Assembly: GCA_963422205.2 (NCBI GenBank) | Contig: CAXMWX010000005.1 | Location: 352,001-416,000, forward strand | Direction of reading: 5' to 3' | Length of the DNA stretch: 64,000 bases | From: Gammaproteobacteria bacterium | GTDB taxonomy: Bacteria; Pseudomonadota; Gammaproteobacteria; Eutrophobiales; Eutrophobiaceae | Shown: piece by piece, positions 11,576 to 20,716 of the stretch | How positions within the stretch are numbered: position 1 is the stretch's first letter | Layout: the number at the start of each line of letters is the position of its first letter | Notes under the pieces: model-generated | What the model saw: the letters and a program-made list of their open reading frames with translations, nothing else | Databases searched by the model: none | Told to the model about the DNA's origin: nothing | Translations under genes and position numbers: made by a program

Positions 11576-12392
11576 ACTGGTCAGGGATATCCGGGCTGGC
11601 GTCACACAGGCCCTGACCGAGGATGTGGGCGATGGTGACCTGACCGCCGCCCTGGTGCCGGCAGACAGTACCTCAAAAGCCCGGGTAATTTGCCGGGAGG
11701 CGGCCGTGCTGTGTGGCTGCGACTGGCTGACCGAGACCTTTGCACAATTATCTGCCGAGGTCGCCATCAACTGGCAGTATCACGACAGCGAGCAACTGGC
11801 GGCGGGCAGCACCATCTGCACGCTTGGCGGGCCGACGCGCGCATTGCTGACCGGCGAGCGCACCGCTTTGAATTTCCTGCAACTCCTATCCGGCACGGCC
11901 ACCGTGACCCGGCAGACCCTGGAAAAAATGCCTCGCGGCCAGGCCCGCCTGCTGGATACCCGCAAGACCCTGCCCGGGCTGCGCCAAGCACAAAAGTATG
12001 CGGTGCGCTGTGGTGGGGGTGATAATCATCGCCTGGGCCTGTACGATGCCGTGCTGATCAAGGAAAATCACATCAAGGCGGCTGGCTCTGTCAGCGAGAT
12101 AGTCACGCAGGCGAAGCAAACGGCGGCACAGGTGGAGGTGGAGGTCAGGACGCTGGATGAGTTGACCGAGGCGGTGGTGGCAGGCGCCGATATTGTGCTG
12201 CTGGATAATTTTGACCTGGCAGAGATCAAAACCGCCGTGACACAGACCGCAGGACGTGCCTTCCTGGAGGTCTCCGGTAATGCCGATGAGGGGGACCTGG
12301 CCGAGTTGGCCGCCACTGGCATCGATTATATTTCCATCGGCGCACTGACCAAGCATGTGCGCGCCATCGATTTTTCCCTGTTGTTTGAATGA
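11562..12392 (+). CDS. nadC: Quinolinate phosphoribosyltransferase
   Basis: EDVGDGDLT, ERTALNFLQ, LLDTRKTLPG, NHRLGLYD, IKENH, LLDNF. Confidence 0.95.
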   Translation: MNAPELVRDIRAGVTQALTEDVGDGDLTAALVPADSTSKARVICREAAVLCGCDWLTETFAQLSAEVAINWQYHDSEQLAAGSTICTLGGPTRALLTGERTALNFLQLLSGTATVTRQTLEKMPRGQARLLDTRKTLPGLRQAQKYAVRCGGGDNHRLGLYDAVLIKENHIKAAGSVSEIVTQAKQTAAQVEVEVRTLDELTEAVVAGADIVLLDNFDLAEIKTAVTQTAGRAFLEVSGNADEGDLAELAATGIDYISIGALTKHVRAIDFSLLFE

Positions 12393-12410
12393 AGGTGCTG
12401 GCAGCCCTGG

Positions 12411-12448
12411 ATCATGACCCTGCATCATGACCCTGCATCATGACCCTG
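12411..12448. repeat. 13-bp tandem repeat x3 (ATCATGACCCTGC)
   Basis: atcatgaccctgc atcatgaccctgc atcatgaccctg between the convergent nadC and fchA genes. Confidence 0.9.
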
Positions 12449-12463
12449 AATTATCGTGCTGAA

Positions 12464-13087
12464 TCACAGCCGGCCCATCACCAGCGCATAGACGGCCTCT
12501 GTGTCCTCATCACTGCCCGCCAGAATGCCCTCTAGCTGGCGGCGTTTGTCGGCAACGAATGCCTCATCCCGAATACCGCCTATATTGATGTACACATTCA
12601 AGGCCGCACTCCTCAGAGCCGCATGGGCCGCCAGCACCGCCACGCCAGCATCACTGATGACATGGGTGTTGCCTTTCTCAGCCAGTGGTTTGCACAGGGC
12701 GATCACCTCAGCACACAGCCTGGCACAGTCCAGCGGTACCGCTGTGGCGTGTTTTAATGCCGTCTGAATGGCCTGTGAGCGGGTCTCTTTTTCCGCCGCC
12801 GTGGCCCTGGGCAGGCCATAGGCCGCCATGACCTCATCAAACACCGCCACATCGGCCTGGATCGTGTCGGCGAGTTGCGTGCGTAGCTGCTCTGCCTGCT
12901 GCAGGTGCTGCTGCATATCGGCCTCTACTGCGGCATATTTTTCCTTGCCAATCGTCAGATTAGCCACCATGCTGACCAGCGCAGCACCCATGGCGCCCAT
13001 GATGGCCGCTGCACTGCCGCCGCCCGGGGTTGAGGCGCTGCTGGCAAGCTCGGCAAGAAACAATTGTATGGATTTTTCTTTTATCAT
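12464..13087 (-). CDS. fchA: Methenyltetrahydrofolate cyclohydrolase
   Basis: STPGGGSAAA, SMVANLTIGK, KGN..ISDAGVA, LNVYINI; divergent from mtdA. Confidence 0.9.
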   Translation of the reverse strand: MIKEKSIQLFLAELASSASTPGGGSAAAIMGAMGAALVSMVANLTIGKEKYAAVEADMQQHLQQAEQLRTQLADTIQADVAVFDEVMAAYGLPRATAAEKETRSQAIQTALKHATAVPLDCARLCAEVIALCKPLAEKGNTHVISDAGVAVLAAHAALRSAALNVYINIGGIRDEAFVADKRRQLEGILAGSDEDTEAVYALVMGRL

Positions 13088-13380
13088 GATCTGATCTCTT
13101 TAGGTTATTGTTATGGGGTTATGGTTAGGGGATTATGGTGACGAGGTTACCGGGATGGTTTGTCGGCCGATTAATACGCGACGCATCAGCCCGAGACTCG
13201 CCTCTTCAGCGCAGGCCCCGGATAATACATGCAGTTCGTAGCACTGCCCAGAAATTTACCCGAAAATTTACCGGGAAATTTTCGGGGGGAGGTGCGAAAA
13301 CCAGGCCACTGTTGCTGACAGCGCCGATGATGATATGGGTCAGTACAACGCCACCACAACATAATTTTAAGGTAAGCACA

Positions 13381-14238
13381 ATGAAAAAACTGTTATTCCA
13401 ATTAGATACGGACCCCCAGCCTTCGGCGTTTGATACGGTTGTTGCCTACGATGGCGGCGCCGATCATGTCATCGGTCATGCCAATGTCACCGCAGAAAAC
13501 ATCAAGCCGCTGGTTGAAGGCGCCATCTTCACCCGAAGCCCCAGGGAAAAACACCACACCGCCCTGTTTATTGGCGGCAGTCAGATGCAGGCAGGGGAGG
13601 CCTTGCTCGCTGCCGCCCGGCAGCAGTTCTTTGGCGATTTTCGTGTCTCGGTCATGCTGGACAGCAACGGCAGCAATACCACGGCGGCGGCGGCGGTGGC
13701 CAAATTACGCACCAGCGGGCCGCTTTGTGGCAAAAAAGCCGTTATACTGGGCGGCACCGGCCCGGTGGGTTTGCGGGCGGCGGTGATGCTGCAAGCCGAG
13801 GGTGCCAAGGCATACTTGGTCTCACGTGATGCCGGACGGGCACAACAGGCGTGCGATGCGATCAATGCACGCTTTCAGGTCGACATCACCGGTCTGGGTG
13901 CCACCACGGACGATGAACGTGCTGCCTGTATCGCCGATGCCCAGGTGATTCTGGCCACCGGGGCGGCCGGGGTGCAGTTGCTGGCTGAGCATCATTGGCA
14001 AGATAACCCAAATATTGAGATGATCGCCGATGCCAACGCCACGCCCCCGCTGGGGATAGCGGGCGTGGACATGATGGATAAGGGGACAAGGCGGCATGGC
14101 AAGATATGCTGGGGGGCGATTGGCTTTGGCACGCTCAAGCTGGCGCTGCACCGGGCCTGTATCGCCAGGCTGTTTACAACTCAAGACCAGATACTGGATG
14201 CTGAAGAGATATTTGCCCTGGCGAAGTCAATGGCATAA
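13381..14238 (+). CDS. mtdA: NADP-dependent methylene-H4MPT/H4F dehydrogenase
   Basis: MKKLLFQLDTD..PS.FD.VVAYDGGAD, VMLDSNGSNTTAAA, GGTGPVG, DANATPPLGI. Confidence 0.92.
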   Translation: MKKLLFQLDTDPQPSAFDTVVAYDGGADHVIGHANVTAENIKPLVEGAIFTRSPREKHHTALFIGGSQMQAGEALLAAARQQFFGDFRVSVMLDSNGSNTTAAAAVAKLRTSGPLCGKKAVILGGTGPVGLRAAVMLQAEGAKAYLVSRDAGRAQQACDAINARFQVDITGLGATTDDERAACIADAQVILATGAAGVQLLAEHHWQDNPNIEMIADANATPPLGIAGVDMMDKGTRRHGKICWGAIGFGTLKLALHRACIARLFTTQDQILDAEEIFALAKSMA

Positions 14239-14284
14239 GCGCATTGGCTATCGACCAGAGGCAGGCGATGGGATGAGGTGAACT

Positions 14285-15685
14285 ATGCTAGAAAATGCGC
14301 TACGACTGATCACACTGCTGCTGCTCCCGATGCTGCTGGCAACGGGCGATGGCCTGGCCGATGAGGCCGACACAGCGGCCGATACCCAGAGGGCCGATAT
14401 AGCGACCGATGCCTATAGGGCGGGGCTCGATGCCTATATGAATGGCGATTACAAGCAGGCATTGAAAATCCTCACCCCGCTGGCCGAGGACGGCAATTCT
14501 GAAGCCCAGAAGATGCTGGGCATTATCTACGACTACGGCCACGGCGTGCGTGCCAACAAGGACAAGGCGATGCAGTGGTATCTGCGCGCCGCCAATCAAG
14601 GCCATCCTGTGGTGCAATACCAGGTGGGGGCCAAGTATTATCGCGGGGATGGCGTTGAGCAGGATATTGGCGAGGCGGCCAGTTGGTGGGAGTTGGCCGC
14701 CAATGGCGGGGATGCTGAGGCGCAGTTTAACTTGGGGCTGCTGTATTTTCGTGGCCTGGATGTCGAGCAGAACGATGCCCGGGCGGCGGATTTTTTTCGC
14801 AAAGCCGCTGAGCAGGGCCACAGCTATGCACAATACAGCCTGGCGGTGGTGTATGCCCTTGGCCGGGGGGTGGAACAGGACTACGCCAGGGCGCTGGGCT
14901 GGTTCGAAAAATCGGCTGATCAGGGGATTGCCCAGGCGCAGTTTAATCTGGGGGTGTTCTACGAAAACGGGTATGCGGTCGAGGCGGACCCGGCGCTGGC
15001 CCGGCAATGGTATCAGCGTGCCGCCGAGCAGGATGTCTCCGAAGCGATAGCCAAGCTGGCCGAACTCGGCATCACCACCGACCCGGCGCCAGCCCAGCCA
15101 GCGTCCAAGCCAGGGCAAAATCAGGAGGCTATCGTCCACCCCGATGATGTGCAGGCAGAGAGACTCGTCAGCACGGCGACAGCGGTCGAATCGACCGAGG
15201 TGTATAACCCGGCGACGACACAGCCCGGCCCGATCTACGAGCAGCCGCTTGCAGCACCAACGACAACCCCGGCGGCAACCGACAGCGCGGCTGAACAAAC
15301 GCTGGCGGCGGCCAGGCCAGCCAGTACGCAGGCCAGGGTCGACAGCAGGCAATCAGCAGCAGGCGAAGAGGCCGCGATGGCACTCAGATCAGCACTGGAG
15401 AACGCTGCCTGGGTAAGGGGGCGGGCGGCGGATCATTACACCGTGCAGTTGGGCAGCGTGTCACAGGAAAAAAATATTATCCGGCTGATAAACGAAAATA
15501 ACATCAGCGCACAGGCCACCTATGTCAAGGTCAATATCAACGGCGAGATGCGCTATAACGCGTTGTATGGTGTCTATCCGAGTCAGGATGAGGCCAGGCA
15601 GGCAATTAAAACCCTGCCGGAGAATCTGCAACGCAACACCTGGGTGCGTAATTTTGGCCTGTTGCAGAAATTGCTGGCTGAATAG
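14285..15685 (+). CDS. Exported Sel1-repeat protein with C-terminal SPOR domain
   Basis: Signal peptide, about five Sel1 repeats (AQFNLG..Y..G.GV), Pro/Thr/Ala linker, HYTVQLGS...LYGVYPS...AIKTLP...WVR. Confidence 0.85.
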   Translation: MLENALRLITLLLLPMLLATGDGLADEADTAADTQRADIATDAYRAGLDAYMNGDYKQALKILTPLAEDGNSEAQKMLGIIYDYGHGVRANKDKAMQWYLRAANQGHPVVQYQVGAKYYRGDGVEQDIGEAASWWELAANGGDAEAQFNLGLLYFRGLDVEQNDARAADFFRKAAEQGHSYAQYSLAVVYALGRGVEQDYARALGWFEKSADQGIAQAQFNLGVFYENGYAVEADPALARQWYQRAAEQDVSEAIAKLAELGITTDPAPAQPASKPGQNQEAIVHPDDVQAERLVSTATAVESTEVYNPATTQPGPIYEQPLAAPTTTPAATDSAAEQTLAAARPASTQARVDSRQSAAGEEAAMALRSALENAAWVRGRAADHYTVQLGSVSQEKNIIRLINENNISAQATYVKVNINGEMRYNALYGVYPSQDEARQAIKTLPENLQRNTWVRNFGLLQKLLAE

Positions 15686-15698
15686 GTTATGATTCCTC

Positions 15699-16412
15699 AT
15701 GTCTGACTTCAATACCCTGTTGACAGCCAACGAAGAGCAGTTGCTACAGCGATTTTACAAATGCAAGGAGGCCGACAAGCTGCCCGCCGTGGCACAAGCC
15801 CTCAAACTGCGCCCTGAACAACTGGTGTGTGCCGTGGGCTTTAACTGCCATGCCAGCCGCTTAACTGAGTTGTTACCGCTGCTGGGCTATGCCAGCTTTG
15901 CGGCATTATCCGAACAGCGAAATGCCATTTTTACGGCGGATATCTATAAACATCTCAGCCTGGATAATGTGCTGATGATCTACAGTGCGGTGAAAGATAA
16001 CGAGCACATGCTAGGGCAGGTGCAGTCTTTGCTGAAACACCGCCTGGAACACATTGAAAACCGCATTGAGGAGACGATCAATTCTCATCTGATAGACAAA
16101 TACAAGGCCGAGATACGGGCGATCTACCATGACAGAATCGTCAGCATTGATTTTGTTGAGGCGCGGCTGAACCGTCCCGATGATGGTTTTCGGGCGCTGC
16201 TAAATGAAGTCAGCATCATTATTGACAGCAAGATCATCCCGGCGGGCGATATTTTCTTTCGCAACAGCATACTGCCGCAGGAAAAACGCAGGATTCTCAG
16301 CATGGGTGTGATTCCAGATGAGCTGGTAGAGACTCGGCTGGAAGATGCCAGCATACCCGTGACGGAGAAACAGGTGCTGGATGAGTACCTGAAGCTCAAA
16401 CGCACCTCATAA
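15699..16412 (+). CDS. Hypothetical protein (paralog 1 of tandem pair)
   Basis: 237-aa ORF sharing F..LLTA, QLVCA.GFN, L..DN.L.IYS and EKR with the next gene. Confidence 0.8.
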   Translation: MSDFNTLLTANEEQLLQRFYKCKEADKLPAVAQALKLRPEQLVCAVGFNCHASRLTELLPLLGYASFAALSEQRNAIFTADIYKHLSLDNVLMIYSAVKDNEHMLGQVQSLLKHRLEHIENRIEETINSHLIDKYKAEIRAIYHDRIVSIDFVEARLNRPDDGFRALLNEVSIIIDSKIIPAGDIFFRNSILPQEKRRILSMGVIPDELVETRLEDASIPVTEKQVLDEYLKLKRTS

Positions 16413-16424
16413 GGACATCCCATC

Positions 16425-17138
16425 ATGCCCACGTTTACTGAACTTCTGACCGCCTCTGATGCCGAGTTGGTGAAGGTTTTCTACAGGGTAAAATCCAACC
16501 CGGATGAGGACTTCATCGTCCGCATCAACAAAATTGCTGCCCAGCTGGAGTTAAATCATTCACAACTCGTCTGCGCCCTGGGGTTTAACCGCCACATTCG
16601 CGACCTGGAAGATATCTACTCCACCCTGGGCTTTCGCAATTACAAGCTGCTGTCTTATCGCTGCAATGAGTTATACAGCACAGACACCTATAACCAGCTA
16701 CCCATAGACAACATCCTCGATATCTATTCTGAACGCCTGGAAGATCAGCAGATACTGGATTCGCTCAGAGACATGCTGGGGCCGCGCCTTGAACATGTCG
16801 AGACCGAAATCGGCAAGCATGACGACCCGGCACATATCATCAGCTACCGCATGGAAGTGCATTCCATCTACAAATCCGGCCTGGTCGGTGAGGACTTCGC
16901 CAATATGCGGCTGGCACTGGACAACGGCCAATACCGCCTGATGTCTGATGAGGTGATTGTGATGGTTGATGCCGGCCTCTATCCGGCCAGCAATTTGTTT
17001 TTCAAAGACATGCTGTCCGTTGATGAGAAACGCTGCCTGATCGAGAACAAGTACATTGATGATAACATGGTAAAAAACCGCATCCAGAACACCGCTATCT
17101 CCGCAGAAGAACGGGACATGCTGGAGGATTTTATCTAA
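16425..17138 (+). CDS. Hypothetical protein (paralog 2 of tandem pair)
   Basis: 237-aa ORF with RBS (AAGGA), colinear similarity to 15699-16412. Confidence 0.8.
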   Translation: MPTFTELLTASDAELVKVFYRVKSNPDEDFIVRINKIAAQLELNHSQLVCALGFNRHIRDLEDIYSTLGFRNYKLLSYRCNELYSTDTYNQLPIDNILDIYSERLEDQQILDSLRDMLGPRLEHVETEIGKHDDPAHIISYRMEVHSIYKSGLVGEDFANMRLALDNGQYRLMSDEVIVMVDAGLYPASNLFFKDMLSVDEKRCLIENKYIDDNMVKNRIQNTAISAEERDMLEDFI

Positions 17139-17340
17139 GCCCGCCTCCCCCTCTGTCCGTCTTTCACGGCGGCCAGTAACGCCTTGCTGGCAACGATGCA
17201 AAAATGCCACGCTCGATAGCCGTCTGTTGTTTTTAGGAAAATTTCCTATTCTCAATTTCTCGCCTGCCTGCATAATCAAGCCTCTTGTTATGCCATGTTG
17301 ACAGGACATATTTTGGAAAAATAACGTAAGGCAAATCACA

Positions 17341-19875
17341 ATGACTACCCCTTCGATCTGCAAAAAAACCATCACCTGCTTTTGCCTGCTGGGGCTGCTG
17401 TCGGGCGCCGCATCCGGTCAGTCCAGCGAGACGGCACCTAAAGAGGAGATCATCGTCATCGGCGTCACGCCCAATGATGGCCTGGGGCTGCCGGAAGGCA
17501 AGCTGCCGTACCGGGTGCAATCGGCCTCAGCAGAGCAGCTGGAGCGCGCACAAAGCCTTGATCTCAGCGATTACCTGCGTAACAACGCCAGCAGCATCAC
17601 CATCAATGATGCCGCCAATAACCCGCTGCAACCTGATGTGCAGTTTCGCGGCTACAGCGCCTCTCCCCTGCTCGGCCTCGCCCAGGGCATCGCCGTCTAT
17701 CAAAACGGGGTACGCATCAATGAGCCGCTGGGCGATACGGTCAACTGGGATCTGCTGCCGGAATCCGCCATCCGCCGCATCAACCTCATCAGCGGCGCCA
17801 ATCCCCTGTTTGGATTGAACACCCTGGGCGGTGCGCTGGCAGTGACCATGAAAAACGGCTTCAACAGCGAGGGGCATCACGTTGAAGTGGTCGGCGGCTC
17901 GTTTGATCGCATCGTCACCTCGGCCGAGAGCAGCGCCAACAACGGCACCTGGGGCTATTATGCCAACCTCAGTTATTTTGATGAGGATGGCTGGCGTGAT
18001 GAATCAGCCTCAGATGCCCTCAACTTCTATGGCAGCCTGGGCTGGCGCGGCGCCCTGTCCGAGTTGAACCTGAATGTGCAGCATGGCGATACGGAATTGC
18101 TGGGTAACGGTGCTATCCCGGTGGAGTTGGCGGCGCTTGATCGCGATGCCATTTTTACCGCGCCGGATCGCACGTCCAATGATCTGCTCATGATCAGCAT
18201 GGACGGCAACCATAATGTCACCGACAACATCAAACTCAGCGGCACCGCTTTTTACCGGGAAAATAAAACCAGCTCCTTTAACGGCGATGGCAGCGAGTAT
18301 GCCGTCTGCGAATTTCGTGGTGGCGATGCGTTGCTGGAAGGGCTGGAAGAGGACGATTTGGAAGAAATTGAAGAAGCACTGGAGGGGATGGGCGTGGATG
18401 TCAGCCTGGATGATGATGATCTGTGCGAAGGTCAGTTCGCCGATGCCGATGCGCTGGAGGATTTTCTGAACAGGCAGGCACTGGCGGCCGGTGAAGATGA
18501 AGAATTTGACCTTGAGAATGTGGATATCTCCGGCACGGGCGAGTTGGCAGATGAGGCGATCAACAATATCAGCCGCCGCAAACAGGAAAGCTACGGTGCC
18601 GATATGCAGCTATCATGGCTGCACGATCTCATGGGCAATGAGAATACGATGATCTTTGGCCTGTCCTATTTTAACGGCCAGTCCGAATTTCAGTCTGTCA
18701 CCGAGCTCTCCGGGCTGGATGAGAACACCCGCAGCACGGTGGGGCTGGGCAGCGGTACGTTCGTGGATGAGGCGGCAACCAACATTGACACGGAAACCGA
18801 AACCTTCAGCGTGTATTTCATGAACAGCATGGACGTGACCGATGCCTTGACGCTCACTCTCTCTGTACGTATGAACAACACCCTGATCACACTGACAGAT
18901 AACTCCGGCGAGCGACCGGAGTTAAACGGTGAGCATGATTATTTTCGTATCAATCCGGCGGTGGGCCTGACCTGGCAGGTCAATGAGGCGATGAATGTCT
19001 ACGGCAACTACAGTGAATCCAATCGTGCGCCCACGCCGATTGAGCTGGCGTGCAACGACAGTGTCTTTACCCGCGCCCAGGCGGCGGCTGTGGCAGCGGG
19101 CGAGGATGCGGACGATGTAGAATTTGAATGCCGTCTGCCGAATGCCTTCCTGGCTGACCCGCCGCTAGAAGACGTGGTCACCCGCAGTTTTGAGGCCGGT
19201 ATGCGTGGCAATGTCGGGCTGGCGAACTACCACCTGGGGTTTTTCCATTCCACCAATAACAATGACATTATTTTCCAGTCCACCGGCCGGGCCACCGGCC
19301 TGTTTGGGAACGTGGACAAGACCCGGCGCCTTGGCCTTGAGGGCATCCTGCACGGCGGCACGGACCGGATGAACTGGTTTATCGCCTACACCTACCTGAA
19401 AGCCACGTTTGAAAACGACTTTGAGGCCATTACCTCAGAGGGACACCCGAATGGCGAAGAGATCGAGGGTGGTGAAGGGGCGACAATTGATGTCAGTTCT
19501 GGCGATGACATTCCCGGCCTGCCCGATCATTCCCTGAAGCTGGGCGCCGATTATCTGCTGTTCGATAATCTCAGTCTCGGCTTTGATGTCATCTACAACG
19601 CCAGCCAGGTATTGCGTGGCGATGAGTCCAACCAGCTTGATACCCTGGATGGCTATGCCGTGGTAAACCTGCGCGGGCGCTACCGTTTCAATGATCATCT
19701 TGAGCTATTTGCCCGCATCACCAATCTGTTTGACAAGGACTATGAATCCTTCGGCTTGCTGGGCGAGGAGCCGGGGGAAGTCGAGGTGCCGCTGTTTGAG
19801 GATTTTGAGAATCCGAGGTTTGTCGGGCCCGGTGCCCCCAGAGCGGGCTTTGTCGGGATCAAACTCAGCTTATAG
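17341..19875 (+). CDS. TonB-dependent receptor, LutH-like (candidate lanthanide uptake)
   Basis: TonB box EEIIVIG, plug QPDVQFRGYSASPLLG..QGIAVYQNGVRINEPLGDTVNWDLLP, RAPTPIELAC...CRLPNAFLADPPL, terminal beta-strand; adjacent PepSY gene. Confidence 0.85.
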   Translation: MTTPSICKKTITCFCLLGLLSGAASGQSSETAPKEEIIVIGVTPNDGLGLPEGKLPYRVQSASAEQLERAQSLDLSDYLRNNASSITINDAANNPLQPDVQFRGYSASPLLGLAQGIAVYQNGVRINEPLGDTVNWDLLPESAIRRINLISGANPLFGLNTLGGALAVTMKNGFNSEGHHVEVVGGSFDRIVTSAESSANNGTWGYYANLSYFDEDGWRDESASDALNFYGSLGWRGALSELNLNVQHGDTELLGNGAIPVELAALDRDAIFTAPDRTSNDLLMISMDGNHNVTDNIKLSGTAFYRENKTSSFNGDGSEYAVCEFRGGDALLEGLEEDDLEEIEEALEGMGVDVSLDDDDLCEGQFADADALEDFLNRQALAAGEDEEFDLENVDISGTGELADEAINNISRRKQESYGADMQLSWLHDLMGNENTMIFGLSYFNGQSEFQSVTELSGLDENTRSTVGLGSGTFVDEAATNIDTETETFSVYFMNSMDVTDALTLTLSVRMNNTLITLTDNSGERPELNGEHDYFRINPAVGLTWQVNEAMNVYGNYSESNRAPTPIELACNDSVFTRAQAAAVAAGEDADDVEFECRLPNAFLADPPLEDVVTRSFEAGMRGNVGLANYHLGFFHSTNNNDIIFQSTGRATGLFGNVDKTRRLGLEGILHGGTDRMNWFIAYTYLKATFENDFEAITSEGHPNGEEIEGGEGATIDVSSGDDIPGLPDHSLKLGADYLLFDNLSLGFDVIYNASQVLRGDESNQLDTLDGYAVVNLRGRYRFNDHLELFARITNLFDKDYESFGLLGEEPGEVEVPLFEDFENPRFVGPGAPRAGFVGIKLSL

Positions 19876-20037
19876 TCGCCTTTGACCAGGGGCGGCAGCA
19901 CGAAATAGGAAAAGCAACATGCGGGCGTGAGCGCTTTTTGCCCTGCCCCGTTACGTGTTACTATTCGTGATTTAAGAGGTGCTGCCGGGACTGGCCCGTA
20001 CACCTGCTTACAACAAACGACACCGGGAGATGAGACT

Positions 20038-20586
20038 ATGTATTTAAGACACACAGTAACCGCTTGCCTGCTGGCATTCAGCTTACCTGCCCTTGCCGGG
20101 AGCGGTGATAACGCGGATCTTGATGATATCCGGCAGTGGGACCTGGTCGGTGTTGAAACCTGTCTGGATGCTGCCCTGGATCTGATCCCGGGACATGCCC
20201 GCAAGCTGGAAATGAAGCTGGAAGGTGATGACCCGATCTATGAGTTTGATATTGACAGCAGCAAGGATGGCAACCGCTATAATGTCGAATGCCATGCCGA
20301 AGAGGGCTACATTATTGAAGTTGAACGGGAAACCACGGCGGCTGATCCGTTGTTCAAAAAACACGCCAAAGTCAGCATCAAAACAGCGGAACAAACGGCC
20401 CTGGCATTCCATCCGGGCAAGGTGGTAGCCAGCGAGTATGAAGTCGGCTTTGACGGCGAGCTGACCTATGAGTTCGACATCCAGACCAATCTGGGTTATG
20501 AGATTAAAGTCGATGTTGATGCCATCACTGGCGAGATCGAGGAAGCCAATGTCGAGTTGTATGAAATTGGTAACGAGGCCGAATAA
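20038..20586 (+). CDS. Periplasmic double-PepSY protein, lanpepsy (LanP)-like
   Basis: Signal peptide, two PepSY repeats each with YEFDI and V(E/D)...G.I.E, acidic, C-terminal ELYEIGNE. Confidence 0.75.
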   Translation: MYLRHTVTACLLAFSLPALAGSGDNADLDDIRQWDLVGVETCLDAALDLIPGHARKLEMKLEGDDPIYEFDIDSSKDGNRYNVECHAEEGYIIEVERETTAADPLFKKHAKVSIKTAEQTALAFHPGKVVASEYEVGFDGELTYEFDIQTNLGYEIKVDVDAITGEIEEANVELYEIGNEAE

Positions 20587-20716
20587 ACCTGATCATCGAA
20601 AGCCCCCCCATTCCTTGACAAGCGCATAAGGCCATAGCCAGATCGAGGCCGCCTGTCGGTAGCTGTGTCCCTTATCTGCTGGCCGCCCTGTGTCAGCCGT
20701 GTTCGGCAAAACTGCG

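Noticed and set aside
12411-12448. Phase-variation locus
   Set aside because: The repeat is intergenic between convergent 3' ends, so copy number should not alter coding or promoters
13090-13380. ZTP (pfl) or THF riboswitch upstream of fchA/mtdA
   Set aside because: The conserved riboswitch motifs could not be found on either strand; only an inverted repeat is present
13135-13380. Long N-terminal extension of MtdA (similar extensions on CysS, NadC and the PepSY protein)
   Set aside because: Artefacts of taking the most upstream start; family-typical N-termini begin at later ATGs
14300-15352. 350-aa antisense ORF and other long shadow ORFs in the GC-rich half
   Set aside because: Opposite well-supported genes, with no motifs; expected from codon bias
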